The notes under the pieces: generated by a model
The model's database searches: none
Seen by the model: only the letters and a program-made list of their open reading frames with translations
Told to the model about the DNA's origin: nothing
Shown: in pieces, positions 62,347 through 64,000 of the stretch
Numbering within the stretch: the first letter of the stretch is position 1
Layout of the letters: every line of letters starts with the position of its first letter
Assembly: GCA_001949185.1 (NCBI GenBank)
Contig: BDGG01000007.1
Coordinates: 1,818,730 to 1,882,729, forward strand
Direction of reading: 5' to 3'
DNA from: Ramazzottius varieornatus
Lineage: Eukaryota > Animalia > Tardigrada
Length of the DNA stretch: 64,000 nt
Translations under genes and position numbers: made by a program

Positions 62347-62964
62347 CAGTACTGATGGTTACTGTCTAAGACCGTATCCTAATGTCCGAAAGGAGAGTGT
62401 TCTTCTGTGTTTGCCAGCTGCACAAAGCTGTCGCCCCGTTTTGAGAGTCTCTTGGAGGCACCATGGATCACACTCGTTTAAACGATTCTAATGCTAGGTT
62501 TGTCATAGCAAGTCGAAAGATTGGCGATTGTGGGCACGTACCACACCTTCTCGTCCACCACGCTATAGCTAGCTGTCAAGCGATAAACGGAAGTACAGTC
62601 AGCGCCATGGGTCATCGTCTGGCCAGCTTATTTTCACCATTCTTGGTGTCAGTTCCGATCCTCCGGACGGATATGCAAAATTGTTTTTTCCCCTGACTCG
62701 CAAAACATCATTCTTCATGATGCATATACATTAGAACCAAAGATTCAAGTAAAACAGTAGCTTTGCTTTGGAGACCCAAAAACTGTCAGAATCGGTAATA
62801 CCCATCTTCACCGTCATCGGAAATCCAAAAATCAATAACATAGTGACCACAAGTCTGCCCAACGTGAAATTTTTTCTGCATGTATTAGGATGTACGGAAC
62901 GTGTTTTAACGCGTTTGGAACAGTCGATTTCTTTCTCTCAAACTTTAGCAAAAGATCGTTAGAA

Positions 62965-63983
62965 ATGTCTCCCCAGAGATCTGAACACCCTCTTGAAATT
63001 CGAAAACTTGTGATTTACCACCATCGGAATCACGTGGGAGCCAGTGAAATAGCTCCTCGAGCATGTCTTCCAAGAAGTACAGTTCGAAGTATGATCGAAA
63101 AGTTCGAGAAGACTGGATCAGCGGAGGTGAAGCGGCGGTCGGGACCGATTCGGAAGACCACGGCTATTATTGATCGGACCATTGTGCATAAGGCGCAGAA
63201 ATTTCTGCAAGTAAGATTCAAGCAGAGATCAAGGCCCATCATTCCGTCGACATTTCAAAGACGACAAAAAGGCGCCGGATTCATGAACGAGGTATGTTTG
63301 GAAGAGTAGCTCGAAAGAAACCCTTCGTGAGCTATGCCAGCAGAATGAAGCGTTTGAAATTCGTCATGCGGTACGGGAAAAAGCCACAAACGTTTTGGGA
63401 TAACGTGCTGTGGTCGGACGAGACCAAAATCAACTTGTTCGGGTCGGACGGAATAGTGAGAGTGTGGAGAAAGCCGGGTGAGGAATGTGCGCCAAGTTGC
63501 ACGGTACCAACGGTAAAGCATGGCGGCGGTCGGCTGATATTTTGGGGATGTTTCAGCGCAAAAGGTGTGGGAAATTCGGCTGTAATCAATGGAAATATGA
63601 ATGGGCCCATGTATCGAGACATTATGGACAAGAACGTGCTACAGTCGGCGAAAAAACTGAATTTGAAGAAGGGATGGCATTACCCGCACGACAACGATCC
63701 CAAACATACTTCCTTCGTTGCCCGAGATTGGATCGTTGAAACGAAGCTTAAAGTGTTGGAGTGGGCTCCCTATTCACCGGACCTCAACCCTATCGAGCAT
63801 TTGTGGTCTGAAGTCAAGGGACAGCTGAAAGAAAGACATCCTTCGAACCTGGAAGAGCTGGAAGGAACCGTCAAGAAAATCTGGTATGGGATGGATCCGG
63901 CAATCTGCGCAAAGTTGGTCCGATCCATTCCAAACCGACTTCAGAAGGTGAAAGGAAACCGGGGCTTTCCAACGAAGTATTGA
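62965..63983 (+). mobile_element. Tc1 (DD34E) transposase, frameshifted; element probably runs off the window end
   Basis: N-terminal HTH ORF plus catalytic ORF with WSDETK, HDNDPKH and SPDLNPIE (34 residues counted between the second D and the E). Frame change around 63210-63290. Confidence 0.9.
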
Positions 63984-64000
63984 GATACCGGCGCGTAACG

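Overview
Compact, intron-rich eukaryotic (animal) genomic DNA with short GT-AG introns. Gene density, divergent 7TM receptors and the gene families present suggest a small invertebrate genome such as a tardigrade; this is inference, not a database result. In order, the window holds: a small GFRP/KCTD-CTD-like ORF, a long MYCBPAP-like gene, a class A peptide GPCR, a decayed pogo/Fot1-like transposon, an uncharacterised gene, a GPCR fragment, two head-to-head receptor tyrosine kinases, a FABP, two secreted PLAT-only genes, two pancreatic-type lipases plus a lipase pseudogene, a BTB protein, GGT, PRA1/RABAC1, AMACR, a Gly-rich secreted peptide, a secreted coiled-coil protein, a CFAP65-like gene and a Tc1 element, with several MITEs. 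The main candidate for a new system is the RTK pair (20.1-30.8 kb). Both ectodomains join a catalytically dead GH16 beta-glucanase fold to a bacterial-type domain that has lost its HExxH motif. One kinase looks active and the other is a probable pseudokinase (HKD, GFG). The two GH16 cores share an apparently identical 465-bp block. Together this looks like a paired glycan/microbe pattern-recognition receptor kinase module. A second signal is a dispersed palindromic motif, AAGTGGCGCAC-N25-GTGCGCCACTT, with a near-fixed-length but variable-sequence spacer, found at least 11 times. Domain assignments come from motif recognition only; no searches were run.
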